Positions 35,650 to 50,600 of a stretch of DNA of 64,000 nucleotides are shown piece after piece. Numbering within the stretch: the stretch's first letter is position 1; the number at the start of each line of letters is the position of its first letter. The translations under genes and the position numbers were made by a program. The notes under the pieces are model-generated. The model made no database searches, was not told where the DNA came from, and worked only from the letters and a program-made list of their open reading frames with translations. Origin of the DNA: Antedon mediterranea (taxonomy: Eukaryota > Animalia > Echinodermata); contig NC_092672.1 in the NCBI RefSeq assembly GCF_964355755.1, forward strand, positions 34,912,437 to 34,976,436, in the 5' to 3' direction.

Positions 35650-38600
35650 CTGCAAAAAAAATAAAAAAAATAAATAAAATGAAAATTACAAACATCTACA
35701 ATTTAGGTAATAACAGGTAATTCTTAATAGTGCATATGTTGTCATATTTTATCGCAGATATATAATTAAGAAACAGTGATTAAAAATAAAATGAAATTGA
35801 TTGAAAAACGCTGTCAATACGCTGTACATGAAGTTGTATAAGATTAAGACAAACACACCAACCATATTTTGCTTTTGACAATATAAAAGAACAAAAAAGT
35901 GTAAAAAAAAAGTGTAAACAAAGTTATAATAATATTCAAACTATACAGATGTAAGAGTACCGTTAATAATTTAAAAATAATTGTAGAATAAAATACTGTA
36001 TAAATTATTTTGAAAAATGAAAAAAAAAAGGGATGGGAGAATTTGAAATACCAATTATGGTAAAAAATACAGATTGAAAGTCAACTAGATTGAAATTGAA
36101 TCTTAGTACCGTCGAAATTAAGAATCCATGTTTTTGTCATACAAACCTTTCACAAAAATTTATTTCAGATGAATTCTAATGTTTGCATATCTTTTGCAAA
36201 TATTGAATGTTTATCTGAAATCGGAATAAGTAACCTGGGTGAAATGCTAAATTGTTACATGCTGATACTAACCTGGGAAAGTGAAGGCTGACTTTAAGCT
36301 CTGTCTACACTATCAACGAGTTTGACAAAAAAAGTAGTTCCAAATATGGTAGTGACATACCAAATAAATGGTAGTGACATACCAAATATGGTAGTGATAT
36401 GACATCATTATGTCCATATATGGGCACATCACATTTTTTGTCAAACTAGTTTGATAGTGTAGACAGAGCTTTACTCTTTCCTGGCTAACATGTTATATCT
36501 ATTTTTAGTAATGTTTGATGTTTAGTGATAATAGGAAATTAAATTTGCAAATTTTCACCCTGTTGGTGCTGTAGGCCTACCTGGGCTTAAATCTGAGCCT
36601 AGCCATCAGGGCAAGCTTGGTGGTCTAGAGGTATGAACACCAGGCTAGTGCTCTGGAAGTCATGGGTTCGCACCTGAGAATTACTCATTTTTAATATGTA
36701 CTTGGTAATACAAATTATGTCAGAAAAGGAGTGAATTTAAAAAAAAAAAATTCTTGTTTTATAAATAAACCAAGCGATGTGGTACTTACCAAATATTGCA
36801 AGCAAAGACTGAAGTATGTAATTAAGCATTCGCCGACTAACTTGCTTGCCAGTGATCAACAAAACCTCTTCCTTCCCCACATCAATCAAATCAAACCCTA
36901 CAACATCAAAATAAACAATGTTGGAAAATATATATGTGGGTCATAAGGTTTGTTGACCTCATTTTAAATTTCTAATTTTCCGTTTCAAATTTCAATCGAT
37001 ATAGTTGTGTTTTCAGTAAGTCAGAATTGGCTGGCTTTATATATAAATCTTTTAGATATTTCTCTTTTATAAAACGTTAATTATTCTAATAGTTTACTAT
37101 ACTCATATGCTTGAAATCCAGTTTCAATTCTAAATGAAATATATTCACTCGAAATTGAATATTATAACATATATATTTAATGGGACACATTCAATTTAGA
37201 ATACCCAAAGGTATCGCATAATCCCCACAGCACGTAGGTAATTAATACCGTCACTTAAAATAAAACGTACCGAGAGATGCAAGCAGTTCGTGACATCCAG
37301 GCGTTCTCCACAGCTTTGTGTTGATGGGAACTTGAATGCCAACTTCACGCCCTTCTTTATCACGGGAATAGTTTTCTAACACTTGTCGGATCTGTGTTGA
37401 AATTACATTATATCAATTTAATACGAGAGGGTAAAGGACACAAGAAAAATTCTCTGTGTTGTTTGGGATTGAAAACTGCATTTATAGATATATAAAAATG
37501 TATATATAAAAAGAACACTGTTTATGAACATGATTATATTGATACATCCTAATTAGATTATGATAAAATCTTTAGAGTATTTAAAATTTATTAGCAAAGA
37601 CAACTTAAACACAGGTGTCTCTGTCTCATGGCCCAACTAATATATTTTATCATATATTTATTTGCCTCGCAAGCTCTGTCTGCACTACAGAAAGTTTGAC
37701 AAAAAAAGTGTGATGTGCCCAAATATTAATAGTAGTAATATGACATAATGTCCATATACGGGCACATCACATGTTTTGTCACATAGACTTTGCTAGTGTA
37801 GACAGAGCTTTATAAAAATATAAAATACAGTTCAGAAATTATGTTCTGTTGATTACTGTATGTTTTGGTATTGTACACAGGTTATGAAATAACAAAATCA
37901 CAAAGGACAGCTCATACAATGGAAAAGAGGAAAATATAAATATTAAAATATTCTTTTCATTTGAACAGGTTCGTGTAAAGTAATAACTAAAATTTAATTA
38001 GGTATTTTTATATAATATAATCTTCAACAGGCTTATTATACAGTATATAAAAAACACATTATTCTTCCCGCTATGTGAACTATAAATGTTCCTGTGCTAA
38101 ATGCATTTCATGTAAATATTGAACAGCAAATAGTTTTAAATTAATTTCTTCCTGTTTTTTATCATCACATGATATTAAAACCATCTGTATTAAAGAAAAC
38201 CACACAATTAAAAACCGTTGCAATGTGAAAAATACAAATCTAAATGATTCCTGATTTAAGTTAAATTTCACTCAACATTCATTACAAACTTTGTGTTCAG
38301 CTGTGTGAATATTATAAAATAGAAATGCCTCTTAAATTAATGATTTCTTGTAATATAGCGTTTGTATTTGGCAGTCTGTAGTACCTACACACATTAAAAT
38401 AATGAGTTTAATACTTTTTTTTTATTTGTCTCTATTTGTATCTTTTTATTGTAAATTTGGCAACACACAATCTTCTAAGAATGTTTGCCAGTGATTTAAA
38501 AGCAATGTTCAAATAAAATGTACAAATGACACAACTGCTGTTTCAGTCTTGAACCTTGTGTCATTATTAAATGCATGTGATTGGTCAGATATTGTAATTT

Positions 38601-41600
38601 ATCCAACTCCATGATTGTGGTAGATCAGAGGTTAGCAACTAGACAAGTGTTTCAATTTAAATCCACAAATAAAGAATTTACCATTTGAATGATTTCATCA
38701 GCAGCGTCTGGGTGAACTAGAAGTTTAGACAGCGCCATTGTCGAGGTTGAAGATAACCCTAGGAAGAATAAAAAATAAGTTTGAATTTGATCATCAACAA
38801 AAAGTAAGAGCAAATATAAATGACAATTTGCCCTCCAAATTTGAAATTAGTTTTACATAATGCTTTTATATTTACTGTATTTTAGACATTCTCATTTTAC
38901 ACTGTCTAAAGCTCTGTCTACACTATAAAACTAGTTTGACAAAAAAAAAGTGTGATGTGCCCAAACATGGTATTGATATGCCCAAATATGGTAGTGATAT
39001 GCCCAAATATGGTATTGATGTGCCCAAATATGCTAGTGATGTGCCAAAATATGCTAGTGATGTGCCCAAATATGGTAGCGATATGCCCAAATATGGTAGT
39101 GATATGCCCAAATATGGTAGTGATATGACATCATCATGTCCATATATGGGCACATTACATAGTTTTATAGTGTAGACAGAGTTTAAGATTGAACAGTAGA
39201 AATATGCTGGGATTTTCCAATTAGAGGGCACAGTTGCAATGTGTTCACTCAGGTAAGCTATAGGCACGAGGTTAGTATTTGTACTGTACATATATACAGT
39301 AAGGTCTATATTTTAAAAACTAACCTAATAAGGCCTGTAAACTTGTACTGGCCTGTAGAAGTCTATCTCCAGCATCAGACATTGGGAAAAAGACTGAGGG
39401 TGGCATGCCACTGGCTGGTTCTTCAAACCTGAATCCAACAGACTTGAGTAGTTCCTGCCATCCAATCACTGGTCCAACCTTCCTGATGATACTCTGTTTT
39501 GTTGTGTACATTGGATTCTTGTGCCCACGATTTATTCTTTGTAAAGATTTCTCAATCTGTACGTCAAGAATAGAAAAAGTCATGTAAATCAACAACCCAC
39601 TACAATTGACTTCTTTCTTTTGTTAAATTAGAAACTAAACATGAAGGTTCATCTGTTTTTTTTATAAAGGAAATGACTTACCAAATGTAGAAGTACCCTC
39701 ATAGATTCACGGCATTTTCCAGGAGTTGTCACAAGATCAGCCAGAGCATTACCAAACATTGTGCTCTTGTTACTGATCTTGATATCACTGCCAATGATCA
39801 TAAAACCAGCCCAATTGGACGGATGTGTAAACTGCTTCGTCTCTTGCACCTTCTGCATTGCCTCGCTCATGGCACTGCTGACCTTAAGGCCACGTAACAA
39901 TCCTTCATAAAGAGACCTCATAAAGATCTTAGTGGCAAGCTCTGGCACAGACCAGAGAGGAACAAGAACACACTGTGCTCCAGCTGCTAAGAAAGCTCTT
40001 GCTAGGCCAATTAATCCTTCTGCATTGATTTTTCCACTGCGTCCATAACTGCCATATGCACTTAGCACGACAAGCTTTGCAGATAGTTGAAGATCGAGAA
40101 TGTCTGCGGCAGAAAGTAAGAACTCCGAAAGTGCCGGCATGTCAGCGTTACTTTCCATGTCACTATCATCACTGTCGTTCAGGTCCATACGTTCAGGTAA
40201 CATCTGTCCATTTCTAAAATAAACAAACATCTTGGCATTTAGAATTTTTAGTAGTAGTAGTTTTGTTTCACAATTCAAGTCTAAAATATCAAGAAGTCAA
40301 ACTGAACAGCATGCACTAAATCTATTACAATCTGGTAAAGAATTTATAGTCTATTATTACTCTTTGAATTATTATATCATTTAAAAGATCCAAAGTGAAA
40401 ACGAAAAAGGTAATTTAAATGATGATTGCGTTAGCACAAACATAGGCCGGAGTTTGGACGCTGAAAGCTTAGATTACCCGGCTTAACTTTTCAATACAAA
40501 CCACACAATAAGAATCTCTTTTACAAATTATACTAAAGTTAAACTCTCTTCATCACAGAATAATCTCAAGAATGTTACCCGTTGGTTTTAGCATTTTGCT
40601 CCTGTCCACCAGGAGATAGAACAAGCGCAGACAGCTTCCACGAGACATGTGTAGCTAAGTGGATACATTCTGCTCCCGATATTGCCTCTAGAATTGCCTC
40701 TTTAGTTGCAGATGATCCAATCAGTGGCTTCACTCCTACTTGCTCACACACTACCAAGGCTTCCTGTAACAGCCATGAAAATATGATATATATCTCAAAG
40801 ACCTTGTATTGGTTTACAGTAGAACTCCTATTAAGGGGACACCTCCGAGAGCCGATTAAGGGTTTCTTTGAATAAGGGTTGATCATAGTGTTAAAACATA
40901 TATTGTCACTCTTTGTTTAACATGGTATTGTCCCCGCAATAGGAGTATCACAAGGAAGTGAAGGGACTGAATTAGTTATCTGCCATTAACAATCAGCAAC
41001 ATGCTACATTTAAATTGTTGTCACTTTGTACTCAGTCACTTAAGTGTGTTTAAAGAATCTTGATAAAAATAAATCTACTAACCTGTTCAGCATTTGGAAG
41101 TACCCCCCATCCCCATCTATCTGTAACATTTTGAGGCAGCATAGGGTTAGCAACAACCAAAGCTGGGCTTGTGTGGTTAGTTGTTGTACCTCTTGCATTG
41201 GGCTTTGAGCAAAGTGATCGGAGAGACGGTATGACGCGTAGATTGAATCGTTGGTATAAACAATGACTTGGAGAACTGCCCTTTAGGACAGCAAATGGTA
41301 CAAGATGAAGATCACCTGAAACAGATATATTTCGTAATAAATAACTTAAATGTTACTATGAACTTAATATTGTATTGCTTTCATTAATATTGCCAACTTC
41401 ATACAATTCATCTCATAATACATTTCTTTTATCAAAACTTAACATCATTGTCCATACTAAGCTCACGTCCACACTGAATATAATGTACGATTCCAAAGAT
41501 CTTTATATTGATAAAGTACGTTAAATATACAGTACCTTCTAGAACAAGCACCAAGTCTGACGGTCCACCTTCTTCTCTTTGTGAATCCATTAAAGCCTCA

Positions 41601-44600
41601 TTCATTGGACCAATAAGGATGTCGTAGAGTACCCTTAAAGGAGGTCGACCAGACCAAGACCTCTTTTTTGACTGAGCAACCACTGTTCCATTGATACCAA
41701 GACTACCACTAAAATGTGACATCATACTGCTGATGCTGCGATTACTGCTACGATTCACCATCCGCAAGAACGCAACTTTATCTCCGTCGACAGAGATCTT
41801 GCCACTGAGTTCATCCAGATGCTGCTGGAGAAGATCGTCTGCCTCGCTCTCTGTTTCACTGGTGATGTCACCTGTTCTGTTCTGGTTCCCTGGACAATCA
41901 ACACCAAGGGCTTCTCTTGCGTGCATTATGTAATGATCAAAGTTGGTGGTTGTGGTGAGGTCAATGGTAGTGTTTACTGGCATCACTTCACCATCGGCTG
42001 CATCACCTATATTGTCCAGCTCAAGATCATTCACATTGCAGTTGTGGAATTTTACAATACCTAAAATTATCGAAAATGTCAATGATGTTGAAAAAAATAC
42101 AGAAATAACAATAGTACCATACAAAACTAAGCACATTCATTTTTTAAATAGCAATTAAAAATTCTTAATCTGAATTTTAGAATTAAAACAAGAAGGCAAA
42201 ATTAATCCACATTGCATTTACAATGTAAACAAAAATGTTACACTTTTAATGGAAACTTGATCTATCGCAAATCAATCTTCAATCCAAAAATACTAGACAA
42301 TAAAAAAAATCAAATCTTTGCACATTACAGGGGCAAAAGGCTACATAAAACAGGAACAAATCATTGATAAACTACTGTACTCAACTCTGAACATGCTTAC
42401 CTTTGTTTGGTGTTATGAGCCAACTATACAAGTGTCCAGCTGCTATGGAGTAATACAAGACAGCTGATTCCTGTTGATTTACTGCATCCAATATCTGATC
42501 TTTAGTCAATGGAGTAGTGTCTGTTACCTCTGTACTATCCATCTGTCGCTCTAGAAGAAGGTCAATGAAGGCCCGCGTTTTACCACGTTCCGCAACTACA
42601 AGAGCTTCGTCTGTACGTTTTAACTCAACTAGAACTTTCTGTAAGGCTTGGTAGCAAGCACTCTGAGTGTCAAATAATGAGATTTTATACTCGCTGCCAT
42701 TTTGAATCTCACGTCGTAAGCCTTCAAAGATGTCAGCAGCGCGATAAAGCTGATGTTGTGCTTCTTCAAGTTCTTTGTTGGACCATAGAGCTAAGCCGAG
42801 TCGATGTCTGATCTTAGCTTCATCTTCTTTACGTCCCAATTGATCAGCAATCTGTAGACCTTGTTGGAGGTACGTTACAGCCTTTTCGTAATCACCTAGT
42901 GCATGGTGTATTCGTCCAAGACTACTGTAAGCCAAGCACTTGGCAACATGATCATTGACCTGAGCAGCAATACTTAGATGCTGTTCTTGATACATCACCG
43001 CCTTCTGGTAATTCCCAAGCGATTCATTTGTTACTCCAAGATTTCCAAATGCTCGACCTTGGCAAGCTAAATTATGGGTCTGTTCCGCAATCTCAAGATC
43101 AATCTGATGGAAATCAATGGCTTTTTCAAATTCACCCATTTGTTGGTAGATTCCTCCAAGACCACAAGCTGCATCAGCTTCTGCGGATTTATCTTTTGTA
43201 TCCTTTGCCAACTGTAACTGATGTTCTAAACAGGAGATAGCTTGTTCGAAGTTCCCCATTAAACTATGCAAGAACCCAAGCTCACCATAAGCACTGCCTT
43301 TAGCAGTGCCATTCTCCAGCTCATGAGCAACCATTAGTCTTTTCTCAAAACAGAAAAGCGCTTGCTGAAGGTTGCCGACCGTTCTATGGATGGTACCAAG
43401 TCCTAGATATGCTTTATCCTGTTCCGCTGCGTTATTTGTCTTCTGCGCAATCACAAGATACTTATCATAATTAATGACAGCTTCGTCGTAATCTCCTAAA
43501 GATTCGTAACATTCGGCCATATTTCCGTAAGCTCGACCACGATCACCGAGCGCTGTGTTACCGACAACGTGTTGGAGCGTGTTTAATTGTTCTTCAAAAT
43601 ATCCCAAAGCTTCGTCAAATTGATTCATATTCATCTTTGTGATTCCAAGATTGCCATACGCTTGAGCTTGTATGGCATGATCGTGAAGGTCTTGACCACG
43701 TTCTAATTGTTCTCTATAGCATTTAAAAGCATTTGAGAATTTGCAAAGTAACATATACACTGCACCTAAATGACCCTGTGCTTTACATTCACCTTTGACA
43801 TCTCCAATCTCTTGGTAAATTGTCAATTCTTGCGTGTGGAAACTCAAACTCTTATCATACTTTCTGAGTTTTCTGTTAGCACCTCCTAATGCTCCATACG
43901 CATTTCCTTCGAGTGTTCTGTTTTTAACCTGTTTTGCCAAAATCAACTGTTGCTCAAAAAATTTAATAGCACCAGTTGTGTCCGACTGTGCCATACAGAT
44001 ATCTCCAAGATTTCCCAAGGCACGAAACTTTCCAGTAGCATTTTTCAGAAGATGTGCAATTGTTAAAAAATATTTTTGACACTCTGTTGCTTCATCAAAG
44101 TTTCTCAAAGTCCTGTACGCTAACCCTAGATTACAGTATGCACGACCCATACTTATTTTATTATGCAATTCTTTCGCGATATCTAAGTCTTTTTCATAGT
44201 ATTGGACGGCTTCTTTATAATCTCCCATTGAGTAATGAGAATATCCTAAGTTATGGCAGGCTTTACCTTCACCACTGTAATCTTTCAATTTCTTACACAC
44301 TTTAAGGTATTGTTCGTAAAATGGAATGGCGTGAGTAAACTCCCCACGTGAACAATGGTAGTTCCCTAGGTTGCTTAATGCTCTTCCAATGCTCGGTTCA
44401 TCTTTGAGTTTTTGAGCAAGACTCCAATGCAAATGATAATGTTCTAAAGCTTTCTCGTGCATTCCAAGCGATTGATACGCCACCGCTAAGTTACCATGAG
44501 TGCAAGCCGCTGCACCAAGGTCATTGACCTCTTTCGAGATAGCCAACTCTTGTTTATGATATTTGACAGCTTGTTCGAACTGTCCGAGAGAACTGTATGC

Positions 44601-47600
44601 ATTTCCCATGTTTCCAAATGCTCTGCCCATACCAGCTCTATCATTAAGCTCTGACGCAATCGTTAAATGTGCTTTATGAAGTTTTAAAGCATTTTCATAA
44701 TTACTCTGCTGTTGATTAATAATACCAAGATTTGAACATGCTCTACCTTCCATAGTTTTATCCTTCGTACTCAAGGCAATGTTTAACTGCTGTTCGTGAC
44801 ACTCCTTAGCCCTGGAATAATCTCCCAGGCATCTTGAAGCATGGCCTAGCCCAGCATAAGCCCTCGCTTCTATAGTCCTATCTTTCAGTTCTTTTGCGAT
44901 TACCAAAACATTATTATGAAATTGCATCGCTCGTGAAAAATCACGATTAAAATGATACGCACTACCTAGGTTACTATACGCCCTCGCTTCCTCACTTTTG
45001 TTTTCAAGTGTTCTCGCAATCTCAAGGTGTTTTTGATGACATTCTAGAGCATTTTCAAAATCTGAGAGTGCCAGGTAAACAGCACCAACTGCACCCGTTT
45101 CCCGTGCCTCAAATTGTTTGTCGTTTAATTGCTGTGTTAACATAACACATTGTTTGTGACTTGATAACGCATTTGGGTAATCTCCTATTGATGTGTAAAC
45201 ATGACCTGTGGAAAAAAAAAGATGATAATTAAGGCCTTGTTCAGACCTATATGAAGTTATAGCAGTCTGAACAGTTAGGGATTGGAGTATGATGCATCAT
45301 ACGATGCTTGTAGTGTATTAGTGGGGAAAAAAGATAATTAGTTATAGCATTTTAGCCACAACATTTTCACATAGTTTTGTAGGTTAAAGTATCCTAATGT
45401 TTTTTAGAGTATTTCATTCTCCATTTAAATATTGAAAACAAAGTTTCAATGTCTTTGTACACGAACTATCAGTAAATAAACTCTTTCTTCTAAAGTAAAT
45501 ACCTAAACTACTTAATCCTAAAGCTGCTACAGTCCGGTCTTTCAGCTTCATCGCTAGCACCAATTGGAATCGGTGGTGCGTCAGTGCATCCTTGAAGTTA
45601 CGTATTGAAAAATAAGCAGAACCAAGGTTGCCATGGGCTCGGCATTCTCCCTCTTGATCTCCTGAAAGACGGAAAACAAAATTAATATGCCATTTTAATG
45701 CAATTTATCAGTTATCCATAAAAAAAAGGTATTTACCTGAAAAACTGTAATTTAAAATTTAAAAATGGTCAAAATGGCTGCCAGCCAATGGGTTTTTAGT
45801 TGAATGTAACCATTTTTTAAGTGATTTTTTTGTGAAAACATTATTTTGTTTTTTTTTCTATGGAAGTGATTAACTTTATTAAAACTAAAACATAAAATAG
45901 TCAAAGTCTGATTTAATTAATCTTCATTTTTCATGTTTTTTATCTTTCACTAAAACTGTTTGTTACTATTTAAAATTGTTATTTGCTCTATTATAGCAAA
46001 TATTATAGATTTAATTATAGTAAAAATAGACAGCCACACTACAACTGTTCCGTTAACACCTTTACCTTGACTTAATATAATTGATTTAACTATCCTAATC
46101 AAATAAAAAACTAAAAAATCTAAGTAGTAAAAAAAATAAGGTGTTCATAATTCAATCAGTTCCAGGTAAAATTAAAAATAATTAATTTGATTTGATAATT
46201 TAAAGCCTGTATGTAAACAATTACTTGGAACTCGTGGCATTGATCAAATTTTATTTTCACAATCAAATTACAAAATTGACCATACAGGAAATTTGCCAAC
46301 TGGACTCAAGGGAACTTTTTATTATTGATTGAAATATTGATTAAAATATTGATTGAAATATTGATTGAAATATTGATTGAAATATTGATTGAAATATTGA
46401 TTTATTCTATTCTATTCAATAGATTTTAAAATCGTTTTAGGCATTTATTTCTAATCTAAAAAAAAGGTAAAAAATCAGTTTATTTATTGTCATCAAATCA
46501 AACTTTTTGAAAAATAAACCCTGTTTTCATATATTGAACAAGACCTGCCAAAAACCCCTACTACTTAAACTATGGTAAATGTAAACCTTTCTGTATACAG
46601 GGGGAATGGAGTCATTTTTTTGCAGTTGATGTTCAGATGGGACCAAGATGAGGCTAGTAAACAACAACATTTAGGTGTGTGTGACTAATAATTTTTCTTT
46701 TTTTTACCACAAATGTACTGTAAATAAAATTTGTTCTTAAAATCTTTTGTCATGTTTCAAGAATAACCACATCAATCTTTCAAATCTATCCCTTTTCTTT
46801 AGGTCAATGTCTTTGTCAAATTGTACAAGGGTTTACTACAGGTCACTCAAGGTCATTTCAAAGATAAAATGCAGCCTAGGCTCATTATTGTTTTCTGGAA
46901 TTGTTGGAATGTTGTTGTTGATTAATATGACAGACACTCAGGAGAGGGTGAAAACAGGAGCAAGCAAGGTGTATGTTAATGGTTAGAAACCAGGACATGG
47001 TCATTTGAACCATTTAAAGGGGAATTGTGATTTTAATATTTCTTATTAAAGATGTATTGTCACTCTCAAAAAATAATAATTGAAAAAAAAAATTATTTAC
47101 CCAAAAAAAATTTAAAAGCCAAAATATTTAAATTGGTCGCCAGCCAATGGGTTTTTTTTGTTGAATCTGACCATTTATTTTGTCATTTTATAATGAGAAA
47201 ACATTTTTTTTGCCGTTTTTTTTCTTTGTACGGAAGTGAATAACTTTATTAAAACTAGAAAAATTAAACCTATTCAAATTATGATAATAATTAATTTTTC
47301 ATGTGTTTTTTTTTTCATCTTTAATAACCATTTCAATCACATTGATAACGACTTATTGTCCAACAGAATTTCTGCTTCAACACTGTTAAGTGTTAGAAAG
47401 TAATGTAATAATCAATAAATATAATAAATAATGTTTAACTATGGAGTTGCCCTTTAAGATGGGTCATCAAGAAACTATGAGGAAAGTGTAGTTAGTAATT
47501 TGTGATATTTTTAGATTTGTTTATAGTCATAAACTACCACTAATTGATTTAATACTAAGAACACTCATGCATTGGTTTTAAAACAAACAAATAATGTTTT

Positions 47601-50600
47601 AATAAAATTCTTTCATTTAATTCTTTTTCTTTGGTGTAAATATTGCATTTGTTTTTTATGTGAATGTACTGTCTAAATATAATATTACACTTGGATACAC
47701 TGTCTATGGACAGATATGTACCAATAAATTATCAATATACAATTCTTTTAAATATTTTAAAGAAAAATATCTGTTGACAAAGTAATAAATCCAATACCAG
47801 CTAATCGGTTACATTTAATTTGTTGGTGTGTACTATTGAATTTTGTATGTCATATGTATGTCTATGGATAGTACACTCACACTGTGTCTATGGACAGATA
47901 TATGTATCAATAAAATTATCAACATATAATTCTTTAAATATTTTAAAGCAAAATATCTTTTGCCAAAATAATAAATCCGATACCAGCTAATTAGCTAATA
48001 CGTTCCTCATTATTCCAAGAATAGGGAAATATTTTTAATGTAATGCCCTGAACCTGAAGACATGTTTATAGTCTATTAATGAAAAGGTGTAAAAACAACT
48101 TGATGTATTTTAGCATAAAGTACCCATCAATCTTCCTGTTTAATTATCAAACATGAAGTTTTTATTTCTTTTACAGGGAGCTTTAAGCTCTGTCTACACT
48201 ATAAAACTTTATTTGACAAAAACTATGATGTGCCTATATATGGACATGATGATGTCATATCACTACCATATTTAAGCATATCACTACTATATTTAGGCAC
48301 ATAAGCACACTTTTTTGTCATCAAACTAATTTGATAGTGTAGATGGAGCTGTAGATTTGCGAAAACCTAGTAAATTTATTATGCACATGCAAGGACATTA
48401 GGATACGCTTCCTCAACACAGTTTGTGCAGTTTCATAGGTCCAGTCGGAAAACCTACAGTAAGCAGTGATGTAGCCAGAAGAAATAAAGTGGTCAGGTTT
48501 TCGCAAGAAAAGGGCAAAATATCTGCTGGGTTGTCAAAGGACTATATGAAAAGAGATCAGGTTGAAACCTTACCAACCGTACTGGTGGCTACGGCCCTGC
48601 TAGGTTGTTGCAAATCCAAAACTCTCTGTGTATAGATAATATGACTGTGCAATTTCAACAACCATGCAATAACATTTAAAACATTTTTACATTAGGTATT
48701 GTCTGATAGAATAAATCCAATTTGGTCACATGACAGGCATTGAACCTGATAAGCAATTCTAACCAATGGTCTAAATATACCAATCATCACCTAGGTCTGA
48801 CTCAGTACAAACTAATTAGGTATAAATTAACCAAGGTAAATAACACAATGTACTTCTGATTCATCCGATACCAACCTGTAATAAATTTCTTCTTCTCATC
48901 CTTATATGTTTTTAATTCTATTTAACATTAATTCTTTCCATATTTGGAAGTTACATATGTCTTTGATTGCATTTGTTAAGACCATAACCCTGTCTTCAAG
49001 TTCACATTTGGCACTCATACAGTATGATCAGGAACAAGATTACTAATTTGTTAGCCGATTTATTGGTTCTACTGTCCATTTTATAATTTATTTTTCAAGT
49101 AACAAAATATATTAAAGAACACATTTTTATTGTATGAATGAAATGAATCAGACGCAGATTTAAACAGGCTTTAGCCCCTCCCCCCCCCCCCCTTTTTGCA
49201 AATTTAACACTAACAGCTATATTTTTTTTAAATAAATGACTATTTTTATTTTTTATTTTAAAAATATTTAGCTTAATAAAATTTAAAAAAAAATTCAGTG
49301 TCAGTGTTGGTATACAGTAGAACCCTTCCTTGAGAACATTCAGGAATCACTTTACAAACAAACAAGGGGAAATATTTGTTAACACTTTTTTTGGGGGTTA
49401 CCCCTATAAAGGGGACACTTTGTTGGGTAGCGAGGTATCCCTTTAATTCTGTATTTAAAGAAACTTTAAAAAACATTCACACCAAATTGAATATAAAACA
49501 AGTATTGCACAAATTATGCTAAATATCAATCTACACTATTATAATTCATAAACTGTAGTATATTATAAGTTGACAGTTTTAGTTCCAAAAAAATGACATC
49601 GCAACATATTCCAGGTGCCAGCGTGACTTACCTAGTGATTTAGCTATGGACAGATCCTGTTGCATGTAATTGACGGCCTTGTCGCAGTTTCCTAAGCCCC
49701 AGTGAGCACTGCTTAAGGCTGAGAACACTGATCCTCGCAACTTTAAACTACATGTACCTAGCAAAATTGAAAGAAAACATGCAATTTACACAAGTAATAA
49801 ATCAGATTTAGGTACACCATGTGGTAAAATATTGCTTTAAAAAGAGAAAAAATCATAAATTCTAAAAGCAGATTATAAAATAAGATTTTTGAGAATAAGT
49901 TTTACTACAGTGCCGAATGTTGAAAATATTTAAAATGAGGCAACTACAGACAATCAACACTTCCAATACTGGACTCTCTTAAAACTGAAAACTCTCCCAA
50001 AAAAAGACTTTCTTAATTAACATCCAACAAGTCCCAAAATCATTTCGTAAAACTATTAAAACACCTTTGGAATACCAGACTTCCAGAAATAGAAATTTAG
50101 GCATGCCCGAGGATGCTCGGCAATGGGAGAGTTGACTGTACAAAAAATTTCCACTAAACATATAAGTTGTATTTCTAATTGTATATACTATCATTCATTT
50201 AAATAAAATCAAGTCCAAGCGCAAAATATGTTTATCCAACTTTCACCAAAAAAATTTTACTCTTCTACAACAATACCTATTTTTAAAGCGGATTCTAAAA
50301 CGACCAATGAGGAGGCATGATAGCCAGCAGCTAGAAGATCTTGTCCAATCACGGAGATGATAACAAATGGGCTTTTGTCCAATTTCATAGACTTCAACTG
50401 TTCGAATGTTGGTTCAAATGTTTCTGCAAAAGTAAATATAAAAATTGTTATATACGAATCAAAAATAGTAAGTGGCAAAATCCAAGTAATTGGTGTTTCT
50501 GTGCCAGAGTGAGGCAGCTTCAGTCATTTACTGAGGGCACACAGCAGTGTCTACATGTGGGTAGCACATCGAAAGGCATTCCTATTTAGTTTCCAATCAG

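Noticed and set aside
36606-36677. Functional tRNA gene
   Set aside because: A/B-box-like motifs are present but the acceptor and anticodon stems do not pair; treated as a SINE remnant.
38923-39291. Repetitive ORFs (KYGSDMP)n and (ISLPYLG)n
   Set aside because: Translations of the 21-bp repeat inside an intronic MITE.
39682-45205. TPR-CHAT as a bacterial Craspase-type or defence system
   Set aside because: It is a spliced metazoan TTC28 with the catalytic Cys position replaced.
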